DNA from: Methylotenera sp.
Lineage (GTDB): Bacteria; Pseudomonadota; Gammaproteobacteria; Burkholderiales; Methylophilaceae
NCBI GenBank assembly: GCA_013141075.1
Contig: JABFRQ010000004.1
Coordinates: forward strand, 3,073 to 67,072
DNA length: 64,000 nucleotides
Direction: 5' to 3'
Shown: positions 50,243-62,452 of the stretch, piece by piece
Layout: each line of letters begins with the position of its first letter
Numbering within the stretch: the stretch's first letter is position 1
The notes under the pieces: model-generated
What the model saw: only the letters and a program-made list of their open reading frames with translations
Told to the model about the DNA's origin: nothing
The model's database searches: none
Position numbers and translations under genes: made by a program

Positions 50243-51124
50243 ATGGATCGTAGAAAGTTTATTAAGTTTAGCTCTAGTACAGGTGCGGTACTTGCGCTGG
50301 CAAAACTGGCTACGGCAAATGCCGCAGAAACTAAGCCAGCAAACACTGTAGCCGCAACATCAAAAACTGATGAAAAAAAACATGTTGAAGCTATGAATCA
50401 ATATGCCGAACTCACAGGCGGAGATAAATTGGTCATTGGCATGTTGGTTTACCCTGGCATGTTTTTGCAAGACTTAGTCGGGCCACTTACAGTATTTGAA
50501 GCGTTAATGAATCGCGATATTCACTTGGTTTGGAAAAATTTAGATGTTGTTGGCAATGAAAATCCAGCACAAACCAAGTTAATTCCAGTACGCCCTACCA
50601 TCACATTTAAAGATTGCCCTAAAAATTTAGATGTGTTGTTTGTGCCAGGTGGCGTGCCAGGCACACTCACCATGATGGAAGACCCTGAAGTATTATCCTT
50701 TTTAGCCGAGCAAGGCAAAACTGCAAAATACGTCACAAGTGTATGTACTGGCTCACTTATTTTAGGTGCGGCAGGCTTGCTTAATGGCTATAAGGCAACT
50801 TCTTACTGGTCATCATTACCCGCGCTGGCAGAATTAGGCGCAATACCAACAAAAAATCGTGTGGTGGTAGACAGAAACCGTGTGACAGGTGGTGGTGTAA
50901 CAGCAGGCATTGATTTTGGTTTGACATTAGTAGCGATTTTGCGCAATGAAAACTATGCAAAAGCCGTGCAACTTTACCTTGAATATAACCCTGCCCCCCC
51001 ATTTAATGCGGGCTCACCTGAAACTGCCCCGCCAATGGTTACACAATTTTTAAACGATATGTTTGCAGGCATCAACGATGCAAGTATTCAAACTGCTAGA
51101 CGAGCAAAAAAACGTTTGGACTGA
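50243..51124 (+). CDS. Tat-exported DJ-1/PfpI protein, isonitrile hydratase (InhA)-like
   Basis: MDRRKFIK Tat motif; SVCTGSL.LGAAGLL, RVTGGGVTAGIDF, EYNPAPPF.AGSP. Confidence 0.85.
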   Translation: MDRRKFIKFSSSTGAVLALAKLATANAAETKPANTVAATSKTDEKKHVEAMNQYAELTGGDKLVIGMLVYPGMFLQDLVGPLTVFEALMNRDIHLVWKNLDVVGNENPAQTKLIPVRPTITFKDCPKNLDVLFVPGGVPGTLTMMEDPEVLSFLAEQGKTAKYVTSVCTGSLILGAAGLLNGYKATSYWSSLPALAELGAIPTKNRVVVDRNRVTGGGVTAGIDFGLTLVAILRNENYAKAVQLYLEYNPAPPFNAGSPETAPPMVTQFLNDMFAGINDASIQTARRAKKRLD

Positions 51125-51130
51125 GCGAGC

Positions 51131-53361
51131 TCAAATCGGCGTCAATTTAGCAAATTCTAACGCCAGCCACTTTAAACCTTCACGACCAAAATTCACTTGC
51201 ACGCGCATGTCATTGGCGTTGCCCTCATAGCTCACTACTACGCCATTGCCAAATTTTGAATGCGCGACTTGCTGGCCGATTTTCCACGGCATTGCGTTTT
51301 TTTGATTATTGCTTTGTTGGCTGCCCATTACTTGCGGCAGCTCGTTGTAATCGCGCCCGTAGCTTGGTTTGGCGACAGGTTTGCTGTTTAAATGCTTGAG
51401 TAGTTCATCAGGGATTTCTTCTAAAAAGCGCGAGGGTATGCCGTAACGCACCTTGCCGTGCAACATGCGGCTTTGGGCGTGGCTTAAATAGAGCCGTTGT
51501 CTGGCGCGGGTCACAGCCACATACATCAATCTACGTTCTTCTTCTAAACCGCCAGATTCTGAAAAGCTTTGTTCGTGCGGGCATAAGCCTTCTTCAAGCC
51601 CGCTAATGAATACTGCTTTAAATTCCAAGCCTTTTGATGCGTGTACCGTCATCAGTTGCAAAGCATCTTTGCCCACGTCTGCTTGGTGTTCGCCTGCTTC
51701 TAGGCTGGCGTGGCTTAAAAATTGGGTCAGTAAATCTTGTTCAGTTTCACCATCCACATTGTTGTGGTTACCAAAATCTTGATTGGTAAATGACACCGCG
51801 GCCGTCACCAGCTCTTTCAAGTTTTCAATGCGGTCTTCGCCTTCTTTGTCATTTTCATAATGTGCCATTAAGCCAGACATCGTGGTGGCGAGCTCTACTA
51901 ATTCAGGCAAGCTGATGCCATAAGCGTTATCCACCATTTGTCGAATGAGAGCAACAAAACCTTCAATGCCTTTAGCACCAAGCTTGCCGTTGCCAACCTT
52001 GTTAATGGCGGCTTGCCAGATGCTACTGTCATTGGCGCGCGCTACTTCTTGCAATTGCTCTAAGCTACGCGCGCCGATGCCACGTGTGGGGAAGTTAATT
52101 ACGCGTAACAGCGCCGTGTCGTCATTCGCATTGGCAATTAAGCGCATGTAAGCCAGCGCGTGTTTAATTTCAGCACGTTCAAAAAACGCAAACCGCCATA
52201 TACGCGATACGGTAAATTAGCCGAAAATAATGCGTGTTCTAAAATGCGCGATTGAGCATTAGAGCGGTATAGCAGGGCAATTTCGCCCAAAGACGTACCT
52301 TCGCAATGTAGCATTTTAATTTCATCTACAATAAATTGTGCTTCGTCGGTGTCGTTATAGGCGTCGTACACGCGTACTGGCTCGCCTGCGCCTGCTGAAG
52401 TCCACAGGTTTTTACCTAAACGATTAGTATTGTGCGAAATAATCGCGTTGGCAGCATCTAAAATATTGCTGTGCGAGCGGTAATTTTCTTCAAGTTTAAC
52501 AATGTGCTGAATGTTAAAGTCTTTTTCAAAGTCGCGCATATTGCCCACGCGCGCACCGCGAAAACCATAAATAGATTGGTCGTCATCGCCCACGGCAAAC
52601 ATGCAATTGTGTTGGCTAGCACCACCTTGGCCTGTGAGCAATTTAAGCCATAAATATTGCAGCTGATTGGTATCTTGAAACTCATCCACTAAGATATATT
52701 TAAAGCGGCTTTGGTAATGCTGGCGAATATTCGCGTCGCGGCCTAGCAGCTCGTAACAGCGTAATAAAAGCTCGGCAAAATCTGCCACGCCATCGCGCTG
52801 ACATTGTTTATCGTACTCTTCAAAAATCTCGCGCATTTTGGTGGAATGCGGATCGTAAACTTCAACATTATGCGCACGCAAGCCTTCATCTTTACAGCCG
52901 TTGATAAAGTTTTGCACTTGTTTTGGCGGAAACTTTTCATCATCCACATTCATCAACTTCATCAAGCGCTTAATGACAGAAAGCTGATCGGCAATATCTA
53001 AAATTTGAAAACTTTGTGGCAAGCCAGCCTCGCGATAATGCGCGCGCAATAAGCGATTACAAAGCCCGTGAAACGTGCCAACCCACATGCCGCGCGTGTT
53101 AATCGGCAAAGATGCCGTAATACGTGTGAGCATTTCTTTAGCGGCTTTATTAGTGAAGGTAACCGCCAATAAGCCCGTAGGCGAAACCTGACCCGTTTGA
53201 ATCAGCCAAGCAATACGGGCAGTGAGTACCCGAGTTTTTCCGCTACCTGCGCCAGCTAGAATTAGCGCCGATTGATGCGGCAAAGTTACCGCTTCAAGCT
53301 GTTTGTCGTTAAGCCCAGCTAATAATGGGTCTTGTGAGATAGGTGAGTTTTGAATTTCCAT
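51131..53361 (-). pseudogene. uvrD: UvrD/Rep helicase, frameshifted
   Basis: AGAGSGKT, DEFQDTN, MTVHASKGLEF; halves rejoin (GGLRFFERAEI) by adding one T in the run at 52181-52186. Confidence 0.85.
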
Positions 53362-53489
53362 GGCGATATTATCGCATGGGATTTAAGAATAACTAGGAAG
53401 TAATCTAATTACAAACTGTTACAAAAAACTAAGAACTAACTTCAAGCATCTCGCTCTATGTATACATGGTAGCTAAATTCAATTTTAGT

Positions 53490-53580
53490 TATCCTTTCCG
53501 CTTCTTTCCTCCCTGAGCGGAAGCCTTAATCTTTAAGGCATTTTGCCCCAACTCTAATCCCCTTGAGTTGGGGTTTTTTT
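53490..53580 (+). ncRNA. Candidate three-hairpin sRNA with anti-Shine-Dalgarno loop
   Basis: TTCCGCT-[TCTTTCCTCCCTG]-AGCGGAA; GCCTTAA-tct-TTAAGGC; terminator CCCCAACTC-N10-GAGTTGGGG-T7; no + strand ORF upstream; 5' end uncertain. Confidence 0.6.
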
Positions 53581-53602
53581 ATGTGCAAATGATGATGAAT
53601 GA

Positions 53603-54285
53603 CTATCGTTGCCAGTGAATGGGTGTTTGGCTGTGCTCAGTTAAATATTCATTAATTTTAGAAAATTGATGGTTACCAAAAACCCCACGATGTACAGATA
53701 ATGGCGAAGGATGCACAGACTTTAAAACTAAGTGTTTTTTATCATCAATCACATCCCCTTTTTTCTGCGCATAACTGCCCCACAGCACAAATACTAAGTT
53801 CTCGCGATGCGCATTTAATGCCGCTATTGCTGCGTCGGTAAAAGCTTCCCAACCTTTGCTTTGATGTGCGCCTGCATTGGCTTGTTCTACGGTCAGTATG
53901 GCATTGAGTAGCAACACGCCTTGGTTAGCCATGACGTTAAGTCACCATTTTAGCTCATTTGTATGCCTAAATCTGAAGCAATTTCTTTATAAATATTCTG
54001 TAAAGAGGGCGGTAACGAGACGCCTTGAGGTACTGAAAAGCTTAATCCGTGCGCTTGTCCATCTCCGTGGTAGGGATCTTGACCAATAATGACCACACGC
54101 ACTTTATCAAAAGGCGTGTGATTGAAAGCATTAAAGATTAATGGGCTGGGAGGATAAATGGTTTTGCCAGAGGCCTTTTCTTGTTTAAGAAAAGCACGCA
54201 AATTTTCCATATAAGGCTTTTCTAGCTCGTCGCCTATGACGGCCATCCATGATAAATCTAACTGACCAGCTTTTTCTTGTGACAT
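53603..54285 (-). pseudogene. ung: Uracil-DNA glycosylase with a nonsense codon and a frameshift
   Basis: [27 protein letters not shown]; TAA at 53950-53952 and a missing G at 53929-53930. Confidence 0.85.
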
Positions 54286-54335
54286 ATTGAATAGTTATAA
54301 ATTCTATTAGATTAAATCTAGCTTACAAATTTTTA

Positions 54336-55286
54336 TTAATGATTCAGTCTCAGCGGAATATCAGATACATTAATAATTTTTTCGGGCTCCTCAATGCCTA
54401 TACTCTTAAGAGCAAAGATAATTGATTCTTTTGTCACAAATGGATGCTGACAAGGCCCAATAATCACTTTTTCAATCATGTCGTTAAACTTCTTTCCTTC
54501 AAAATCAACTTCACTTAACTTAATTTTGACTATATTCTGGGGTGTTCCTTGTATGGTTTCTATCTCTTGAGTAATGTGCTTGGTTTCAGGCAGGATTGAT
54601 GCTGTGGCTATCAGTCGCCACTCTTTTTCTTCCTCAAAACCTTTATGCTTATTACACAATGCAGAGAATCTAAATATATTAAACAAATAATTACTTAACT
54701 CATTTGGTGGTAATTTTTGAATGACATTAATACTGCTGGAAACTGACTTGGTTAGGTTCGCTATTTCTTGTTTTAACTGAGATTGTTTGAAATAAACTAC
54801 TGAACTAAAGTCTAGATGAGTCATATCAAGTACTTTAAAAAAATCATATTTAAATATGATGGCTACACCTGAATTGCCGCCATATGCCCTCCACATGGAC
54901 AGCTTCCCAATATCATCGGAATTTTTACCTTCATATTCGGAGAAACATGAAATATAAAAATCATCTTTAATATAAGGAGCCCAATTTTCAAAGTTTGAGA
55001 ATGTTGTTTCAAAAATTTTAGGGGCGATGTTGTCAAATGCTTGCTTAAGAGCCTTTCCTTCCTCTGACTCTTTAATTAATTTTGCCAAGAATTCTTTACC
55101 ATGCTCGAACTCTCTGTAATCGTTCATTACAGAAATATTTCGAAGCCAAATTTCTTGATTTTTAATTATCTTGAAAGCAGTATCAGCATTTGTATAGTGT
55201 GCGAAATTTATACCCCCATCTACAACACGTTGAAGTTCTTGATGATGATGAGGAAACAGAATTTCGCTAATGTTCGCTTGATTCAA
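54336..55286 (-). CDS. DUF2971-family protein
   Basis: HYT......II....IWL.N...MND..E, YISCFS......LSMWRAYG, K...F.EEKEWR; AT-rich. Confidence 0.8.
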   Translation of the reverse strand: MNQANISEILFPHHHQELQRVVDGGINFAHYTNADTAFKIIKNQEIWLRNISVMNDYREFEHGKEFLAKLIKESEEGKALKQAFDNIAPKIFETTFSNFENWAPYIKDDFYISCFSEYEGKNSDDIGKLSMWRAYGGNSGVAIIFKYDFFKVLDMTHLDFSSVVYFKQSQLKQEIANLTKSVSSSINVIQKLPPNELSNYLFNIFRFSALCNKHKGFEEEKEWRLIATASILPETKHITQEIETIQGTPQNIVKIKLSEVDFEGKKFNDMIEKVIIGPCQHPFVTKESIIFALKSIGIEEPEKIINVSDIPLRLNH

Positions 55287-55338
55287 TTTTTGTGCCTTTT
55301 ATATATTTAATCGAAACAATAGTACTCCAAATTAAAAT

Positions 55339-55364
55339 AAAAAACCTCGCCGAAGCGAGGTTTT
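55339..55364. terminator. Rho-independent terminator after groEL
   Basis: AAAAAACCTCGC-cgaa-GCGAGGTTTT. Confidence 0.85.
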
Positions 55365-55448
55365 AATACTACAAAGCTGCAAGTTTGCACTTCGTGATTG
55401 CATTAACCCATCGCTAGATGGATAATTTGATGCAACATCAAAATGCAA

Positions 55449-57095
<1,647 letters not shown>

Positions 57096-57115
57096 TTAAA
57101 TTCTTTGTGTATTCT

Positions 57116-57182
57116 GTCATTCTGACGAAGGTCAGAATCTGTTGATATTTGCACGAGATTCCGAAACGAGTTCGGAATGACG
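57116..57182. repeat. Inverted doublet of GTCAT-tagged REP-like palindromes between groES and groEL
   Basis: GTCATTCTGACgaagGTCAGAATCT ... AGATTCCGAAacgagTTCGGAATGACG. Confidence 0.7.
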
Positions 57183-57213
57183 GCTGATTACTCAACCTGA
57201 TGCTTCGTCGAAA

Positions 57214-57501
57214 TTATTCGACGATTGCCATAATGTCTTCTTCACGCATTACCAATAGCTCTTCGCCATCCACTTTTACAGTTTGGCCTGCGTATTTACC
57301 GAATAACACTTTATCGCCGACTTTAACGTCTAAAGCGATTACTTTACCGCTTTCATCACGCTTGCCAGAGCCAACAGCTTGAATAATGCCTTGATCTGGT
57401 TTTTCTGTAGCACTATCTGGAATCACAATGCCAGATGCGGTTGTACGCTCTTCTTCTGAACGTTTTACAATCACGCGGTCGTGTAAAGGACGAATTTTCA
57501 T
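57214..57501 (-). CDS. groS: Co-chaperonin GroES
   Basis: [14 protein letters not shown]; GGAGA RBS. Confidence 0.98.
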   Translation of the reverse strand: MKIRPLHDRVIVKRSEEERTTASGIVIPDSATEKPDQGIIQAVGSGKRDESGKVIALDVKVGDKVLFGKYAGQTVKVDGEELLVMREEDIMAIVE

Positions 57502-57610
57502 ACGATTTTCTCCAAAAAATAAAATAAAAAAAGAAACTGTTAAGTTTCTAATAAAACTAAAAACGGTATTGCAAATGGTAGAATTTTCACCATGCGGAAC
57601 GAGTGCGATT

Positions 57611-57637
57611 TTAGCACTCAAACTACCTGAGTGCTAG
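57611..57637. promoter_or_regulatory. CIRCE element (HrcA operator)
   Basis: TTAGCACTC-N9-GAGTGCTAG, one mismatch to consensus. Confidence 0.9.
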
Positions 57638-57638
57638 T

Positions 57639-57664
57639 ATTGGGTCGTTTAGTAATAATTCAAG
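57639..57664 (-). promoter_or_regulatory. sigma32-type promoter for groESL
   Basis: CTTGAA-N14-CCCAAT immediately upstream of CIRCE. Confidence 0.65.
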
Positions 57665-57766
57665 CTATATTTCAGGCTATTTTTAAGTAATATATAAAGA
57701 TTAAACCTAGAAAAAATTTCATAAAAACCTTATGCTTGTAGGGTATATAAAATTTATCTCAAGCAT

Positions 57767-58324
57767 ATGACAAACGAATCTGCCATTGAACAAATCAACC
57801 TCGGCTTTAATGAGCCTGAAGATAGGTTGCTGCTAAAAGTTGGCCTTGCCGATAAAACTGAGGTGGCTGTGTGGATTACGCGGCGTATCTGCAAAGCTAT
57901 GTGGATCGCGTTGCAGGGCGCAGGGGCTACATTGCTACCAACTAGCTCGCAATTTGCAGCACCAAATATTGTGACGCCAAATGGTAAAAGTGAAGCGATA
58001 GAAAGTTTTCAAAAAGAAGCGGTTGTGCAAAATAACCTTGCAAATTTAGATTTTAAATCTGAATACATGGCAGATCGCCAAGCGCGCTCAGACGCGCCTA
58101 TGCTTGCAATACTGTGCTTGGTAGTCACAATTGGGGCGCAACTCCCACAGTTAGATCTGCAATGTAGTAATGGGCAATCGGTTAAAATTCTGTTGACTAA
58201 TGAGCTAGTGCGCGCCCTCACCAATATGATGCAAATGGCCACGCGCGAAGCGGGGTGGGATTTGTTCATAGAAGCGGGTAATGCTCAAGTAAGCGTTATG
58301 CCAAATCAACAAACGGTACATTAG
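57767..58324 (+). CDS. Conserved hypothetical protein
   Basis: 185-aa ORF, IEQINLGFNEPEDRLLL start. Confidence 0.8.
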   Translation: MTNESAIEQINLGFNEPEDRLLLKVGLADKTEVAVWITRRICKAMWIALQGAGATLLPTSSQFAAPNIVTPNGKSEAIESFQKEAVVQNNLANLDFKSEYMADRQARSDAPMLAILCLVVTIGAQLPQLDLQCSNGQSVKILLTNELVRALTNMMQMATREAGWDLFIEAGNAQVSVMPNQQTVH

Positions 58325-58340
58325 AGCTTTATAAAAAACC

Positions 58341-59399
58341 ATGCAATATCGTCAATTAGGAGTTTCTGACCTCAAAGTTTCTAAAGTTTGCTTAGGCACA
58401 ATGACGTTTGGCGACCAAAATAGCCAAGCACAAGCCCACGAGCAATTAGATTATGCCTTAGCGCAAGGTGTCAATTTTATTGATACCGCAGAAATGTACC
58501 CTGTGCCGCCCAAGGCGGAAACCTTTACGCGCACCGAAACCATTATTGGTCATTGGCTTAAAAATCAAGCGCGAGATAAGATTATTTTGGGCAGCAAAGT
58601 GTCAGGGCGTAACCGCGGCTTAAATTGGATACGCGATGGCGATGACTCTTTATCCCGCGCCAATATTCGCGCGGCGATACATGATTCGTTAAAGCGCCTG
58701 CAAACCGATTACATTGACCTTTATCAACTGCACTGGCCAGAACGCAATGTGCCGCTGTTTGGGCAATATCAATTTGACCCTAAATTAGAGCTGGATGCGC
58801 AAGGTAATCAAAAAGCGTGGGAGAGCATACACGCGCAACTAGAAACGTTGGCAGAGTTAATTGCCGAGGGTAAAGTGCGCGCCATTGGGCTAAGCAATGA
58901 GCAGCCGTGGGGCGTGATGGAGTTTTTGCGCATTAGCAAAGCATATAACTTGCCGCGCGTTGCAACTTTGCAAAACAGTTACCATTTAATGAACCGCACC
59001 ATAGATTTTGGCATGAGTGAAATTTTGCATCGTGAGAATGTCAGCTTGCTTGCATATTCGCCACTCGCTTTTGGGCATTTAAGCGGAAAATATATTGACG
59101 ACCCACAAGCCCAAGGCCGCGTGACCATGTTTTTAGGTTACGCGCAGCGTTACAAAAAACCGAATGTGCCAGCAGCCAGCGCCGCTTATGCCAAGTTGGC
59201 AAGAGCACACGGCCTTACGCCTACGCAATTAGCTTTGAGTTTTGTGATGCATCGCTGGTGCGTGAGCAGCACCATTATTGGGGCTACCAGCACGGCGCAA
59301 TTGCAAGAAAATATCGCAGCTTATCAAATAACGTTAAGTGATGAAGTGCTGGTAGAAATTGAGAAAATTCATTTAACAATGATGAACCCTGCGCCATAA
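58341..59399 (+). CDS. Aldo/keto reductase (Tas-like)
   Basis: CLGTMTFG, DTAEMYPVPP, DLYQLHWP, LAYSPLA.G. Confidence 0.95.
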   Translation: MQYRQLGVSDLKVSKVCLGTMTFGDQNSQAQAHEQLDYALAQGVNFIDTAEMYPVPPKAETFTRTETIIGHWLKNQARDKIILGSKVSGRNRGLNWIRDGDDSLSRANIRAAIHDSLKRLQTDYIDLYQLHWPERNVPLFGQYQFDPKLELDAQGNQKAWESIHAQLETLAELIAEGKVRAIGLSNEQPWGVMEFLRISKAYNLPRVATLQNSYHLMNRTIDFGMSEILHRENVSLLAYSPLAFGHLSGKYIDDPQAQGRVTMFLGYAQRYKKPNVPAASAAYAKLARAHGLTPTQLALSFVMHRWCVSSTIIGATSTAQLQENIAAYQITLSDEVLVEIEKIHLTMMNPAP

Positions 59400-59444
59400 G
59401 TTAAAATATCCTAGATTTATTTTTCATTAGAAAAGAAGAAAACG

Positions 59445-59786
59445 ATGAGCGATTTACCAAAATGCCCACAGTGTGGCTCTGAATACACTTATGAGGATGG
59501 CGACAATTACGTTTGCCCAGAATGCGCCCACGAATGGCCAAAAACCGCTGCAGCAGGCGATACGGATGGCGCGAAAGTGGTACGTGATTCTAACGGTAAT
59601 GTGCTACAAGACGGCGACACCATTACTGTGATTAAAGACCTCAAAGTTAAAGGATCATCACTTGTGGTGAAAGTGGGCACTAAAGTGAAAAATATTCGCC
59701 TGGTAGATGGTGACCATGACATTGATTGCAAAATTGATGGTATTGGTGCGATGAAGTTGAAATCTGAATTTGTGAAAAAAGCATAA
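59445..59786 (+). CDS. PhnA/YjdM zinc-ribbon protein
   Basis: CPQC.SEYTYE....[16 protein letters not shown]. Confidence 0.95.
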   Translation: MSDLPKCPQCGSEYTYEDGDNYVCPECAHEWPKTAAAGDTDGAKVVRDSNGNVLQDGDTITVIKDLKVKGSSLVVKVGTKVKNIRLVDGDHDIDCKIDGIGAMKLKSEFVKKA

Positions 59787-59876
59787 AATTTACGCTTAAT
59801 TAACGTGTATCAGGCCTAATGTGTACTAGGCCTTGTTTTAACGCCGCCAATGCTTGGGCTAACGGTATATTTGCGT

Positions 59877-60287
59877 TTAGCCGAGCGACTTTTTGGTTTG
59901 CTGAATGATTTCTTCAGCAGTTGCACTATCGTAGCTAAATAACGAGCTTTTAGCGGTGACTCTCATGCGTGTTGTGTTGACGCTGATTGGCTCTAATTGA
60001 ATGCTTATATTCCGGTCGGTAGTTTTTGCGTTTACAAACCGAATATTACTTTTTTCTACCATACCTTCCGCAACAACGTCAATTTTCATGCGGCTCAGTG
60101 CGCTTAATGTGGCGGTTCTCATTTTCATGGTAGGCGCAGTAAATGTGCGGTAAGTAATGCCGTTATTCGTGTGTGTGAGTGCGGCAGAGCCACCAACACC
60201 TGCGGCTGTTGCAAACAGCGGCGCAGCGCAGCCTGTTAGCGTTGTAGCAATGACAAATAAAAGACTGACTAACCAGAAATTTCGCAT
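59877..60287 (-). CDS. Lipoprotein, DUF3568-like
   Basis: Lipobox LTGC, Gly/Ala-rich segment. Confidence 0.7.
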   Translation of the reverse strand: MRNFWLVSLLFVIATTLTGCAAPLFATAAGVGGSAALTHTNNGITYRTFTAPTMKMRTATLSALSRMKIDVVAEGMVEKSNIRFVNAKTTDRNISIQLEPISVNTTRMRVTAKSSLFSYDSATAEEIIQQTKKSLG

Positions 60288-60423
60288 GTTCAATTTACCT
60301 TGGCTGTCACCCAAAAGGGTGGTTTGTTACGGTTTGATAGATTGACTGTTTTTAAATCTATTGTCAATAGATTTGTTGGCGGCTAATAACAATAAAATCA
60401 ACGTGTTGAAATAATTCTTTCAT

Positions 60424-62349
60424 TTAAATTCGCACATTAGATTTTGGATGAAAAATCACCGTTTGTGGCGGACCCATTTTAATCACAGGTTTGCGTATTG
60501 CGCCCATCACATGCATTTCGCAAGGTTTACAATCAAATTTCAGCGTGAATCTATCGTTGCCGTTAATCAGTGTCATTGGCTCGGCAGTTACTGTACCTTG
60601 CACGCCAAGCACGCCTTTGGCCTCTTTAGGGCAAAGGCCGTGACTAAAGCGTAGGCAATGTTTGGTAATCATTACGGGCACTTCACCTAATTCCTCATTC
60701 GCCTCGTAAGCTTTTGCAATCAATTTAACGCCATGTTTTTCGTAAAAATTACGCGCTTTTTGGTTGTAAACATTGGCTAAATAACTAAGCGTATCTTCTG
60801 GGAAAATAGCAGGCGGCTCAATAGCGGCAAGGCGTGGCGGGCGTTTATAGCCCGTTGTGCGTGCAAGTTGCAATTGCTCAATTGCATCGCGCCGTAAACC
60901 ATTGACAACAGAGGCTGGTACAAAGCAAGCTTGTGCCATTTGCAGGTGAATGTCAGTTGCGATAAAGTCGGTACTACCAAGTTTACTTAGATTTTCACGC
61001 AGGCTGACTTGTGCTTTTTGTACATTATCAGCTGCTTGTTTTTCAGTCGAGCAATGTGCTGTTGCGCTAAAGCCTGCGGCATCTGTGATGCTTAGCGCAA
61101 AGCCATTTTGGGTTTCGGCAAAAATCATTTCAACGCCTATTTTGCGCTGCGCAGAATCTTTTTCTAACAAGCGCATAAAAGCGTGGTCGCGGTTGCGATA
61201 CACAACCGTGTTATTGCGAATATCCGCAGGCATTTCGTTAGGATAAAGTTTTTTGCCGTCTACCGTGTTAATGCGTAAACCCACCAATTCTTTATGCACA
61301 TCAAAAAAGCACACGCCATCGCCATTATGTAGTTGGGTGGGGGTTTCAACCTCAATAAAATCTTTGCCCACTTTGGTGACTTTTCCCAGCAATTCGCCCG
61401 AAAATTTAGGTGTGTCAAACGCGCCAATATCCGCTTGGCGGCCATTGGCAAAGTAATCAGTCGCGCTGCGGTTAAAGGTTTTTTCGGGTTGTGGCTTAAA
61501 AGTAAAAATACTGTCGCCGTGTGATGATTTGGCTAGCTCTGGTCTATCATTCAAAATTTCATCTAACAATTGCCGATAATGCGCGGTGGCATTTTTAACA
61601 TAAGGTAAATCTTTATAGCGGCCTTCAATCTTAAAGCTGCTCACACCTGCGTCAATCAAGGCGCGCAGATTAAGGCTTTGATCATTATCTTTCATCGATA
61701 AAAAGTGCTTATCTTTACCAATAATGCGGCCTTTTTGGTCTTCTAAAGTGAAAGGTAAACGGCATTCTTGCGAGCATTCACCGCGGTTAGCACTGCGCCC
61801 CGTGTGTGCATGGCTGATGTAACATTGCCCGCTAAAAGCAACACATAGTGCGCCGTGAATAAAATATTCTAAGTTCGCGCTCGTGGCGGCCGAAATTTTT
61901 TGAATCGTGTGCAAATCTAACTCGCGCGCTAACACCATTTGGCTAAAGCCCACTTGGTCTAAAAATACCGCTTTTTCAACCGTGCGAATATCCGTTTGTG
62001 TGCTGGCGTGTAGTTGAATCGGCGGCAAATCCAACTCTAACAAGCCCATGTCTTGCACAATCAACGCATCCACACCAATGTCGTACAACTGATGCGTGAG
62101 CTTACGCGCGGCTTCTAACTCGTTATCATGAAAAATCGTATTCAGCGCAACAAAAATCTCCGCATGGTAACGCCGCGCATGTTTCACCAAGCGCGCAATA
62201 TCTTCCAGTGTATTCGGCGCCTTGGCCCGTGCCCCAAAAGCAGGCCCGCCAATATAAACGGCATCTGCCCCGTGGTTAATCGCCTCAATGCCAAAATCAG
62301 CATTGCGCGCGGGGGAGAGAAGCTCTAAATGTTTGCGAGTTTTTTGCAT
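60424..62349 (-). CDS. U32-family protein (RlhA/YdcP-like)
   Basis: LELLSPA, GADAVYIG, HGALCV..SGQC, NRGEC.Q.CR, KIEGR. Confidence 0.92.
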   Translation of the reverse strand: MQKTRKHLELLSPARNADFGIEAINHGADAVYIGGPAFGARAKAPNTLEDIARLVKHARRYHAEIFVALNTIFHDNELEAARKLTHQLYDIGVDALIVQDMGLLELDLPPIQLHASTQTDIRTVEKAVFLDQVGFSQMVLARELDLHTIQKISAATSANLEYFIHGALCVAFSGQCYISHAHTGRSANRGECSQECRLPFTLEDQKGRIIGKDKHFLSMKDNDQSLNLRALIDAGVSSFKIEGRYKDLPYVKNATAHYRQLLDEILNDRPELAKSSHGDSIFTFKPQPEKTFNRSATDYFANGRQADIGAFDTPKFSGELLGKVTKVGKDFIEVETPTQLHNGDGVCFFDVHKELVGLRINTVDGKKLYPNEMPADIRNNTVVYRNRDHAFMRLLEKDSAQRKIGVEMIFAETQNGFALSITDAAGFSATAHCSTEKQAADNVQKAQVSLRENLSKLGSTDFIATDIHLQMAQACFVPASVVNGLRRDAIEQLQLARTTGYKRPPRLAAIEPPAIFPEDTLSYLANVYNQKARNFYEKHGVKLIAKAYEANEELGEVPVMITKHCLRFSHGLCPKEAKGVLGVQGTVTAEPMTLINGNDRFTLKFDCKPCEMHVMGAIRKPVIKMGPPQTVIFHPKSNVRI

Positions 62350-62452
62350 TGTGATATTGCTGAAAATTATATATGTCGCAATTTTAGACTAAACCATTGA
62401 ATATGACGACATTTCGTTTATTGACCAATGAAAAACATCGTACAATTCAGGC

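Noticed and set aside
57502-57621. N-terminal extension of GroES in the ORF track
   Set aside because: Canonical MKIRPLHD start with RBS at 57501; the extension runs through the CIRCE/UTR.
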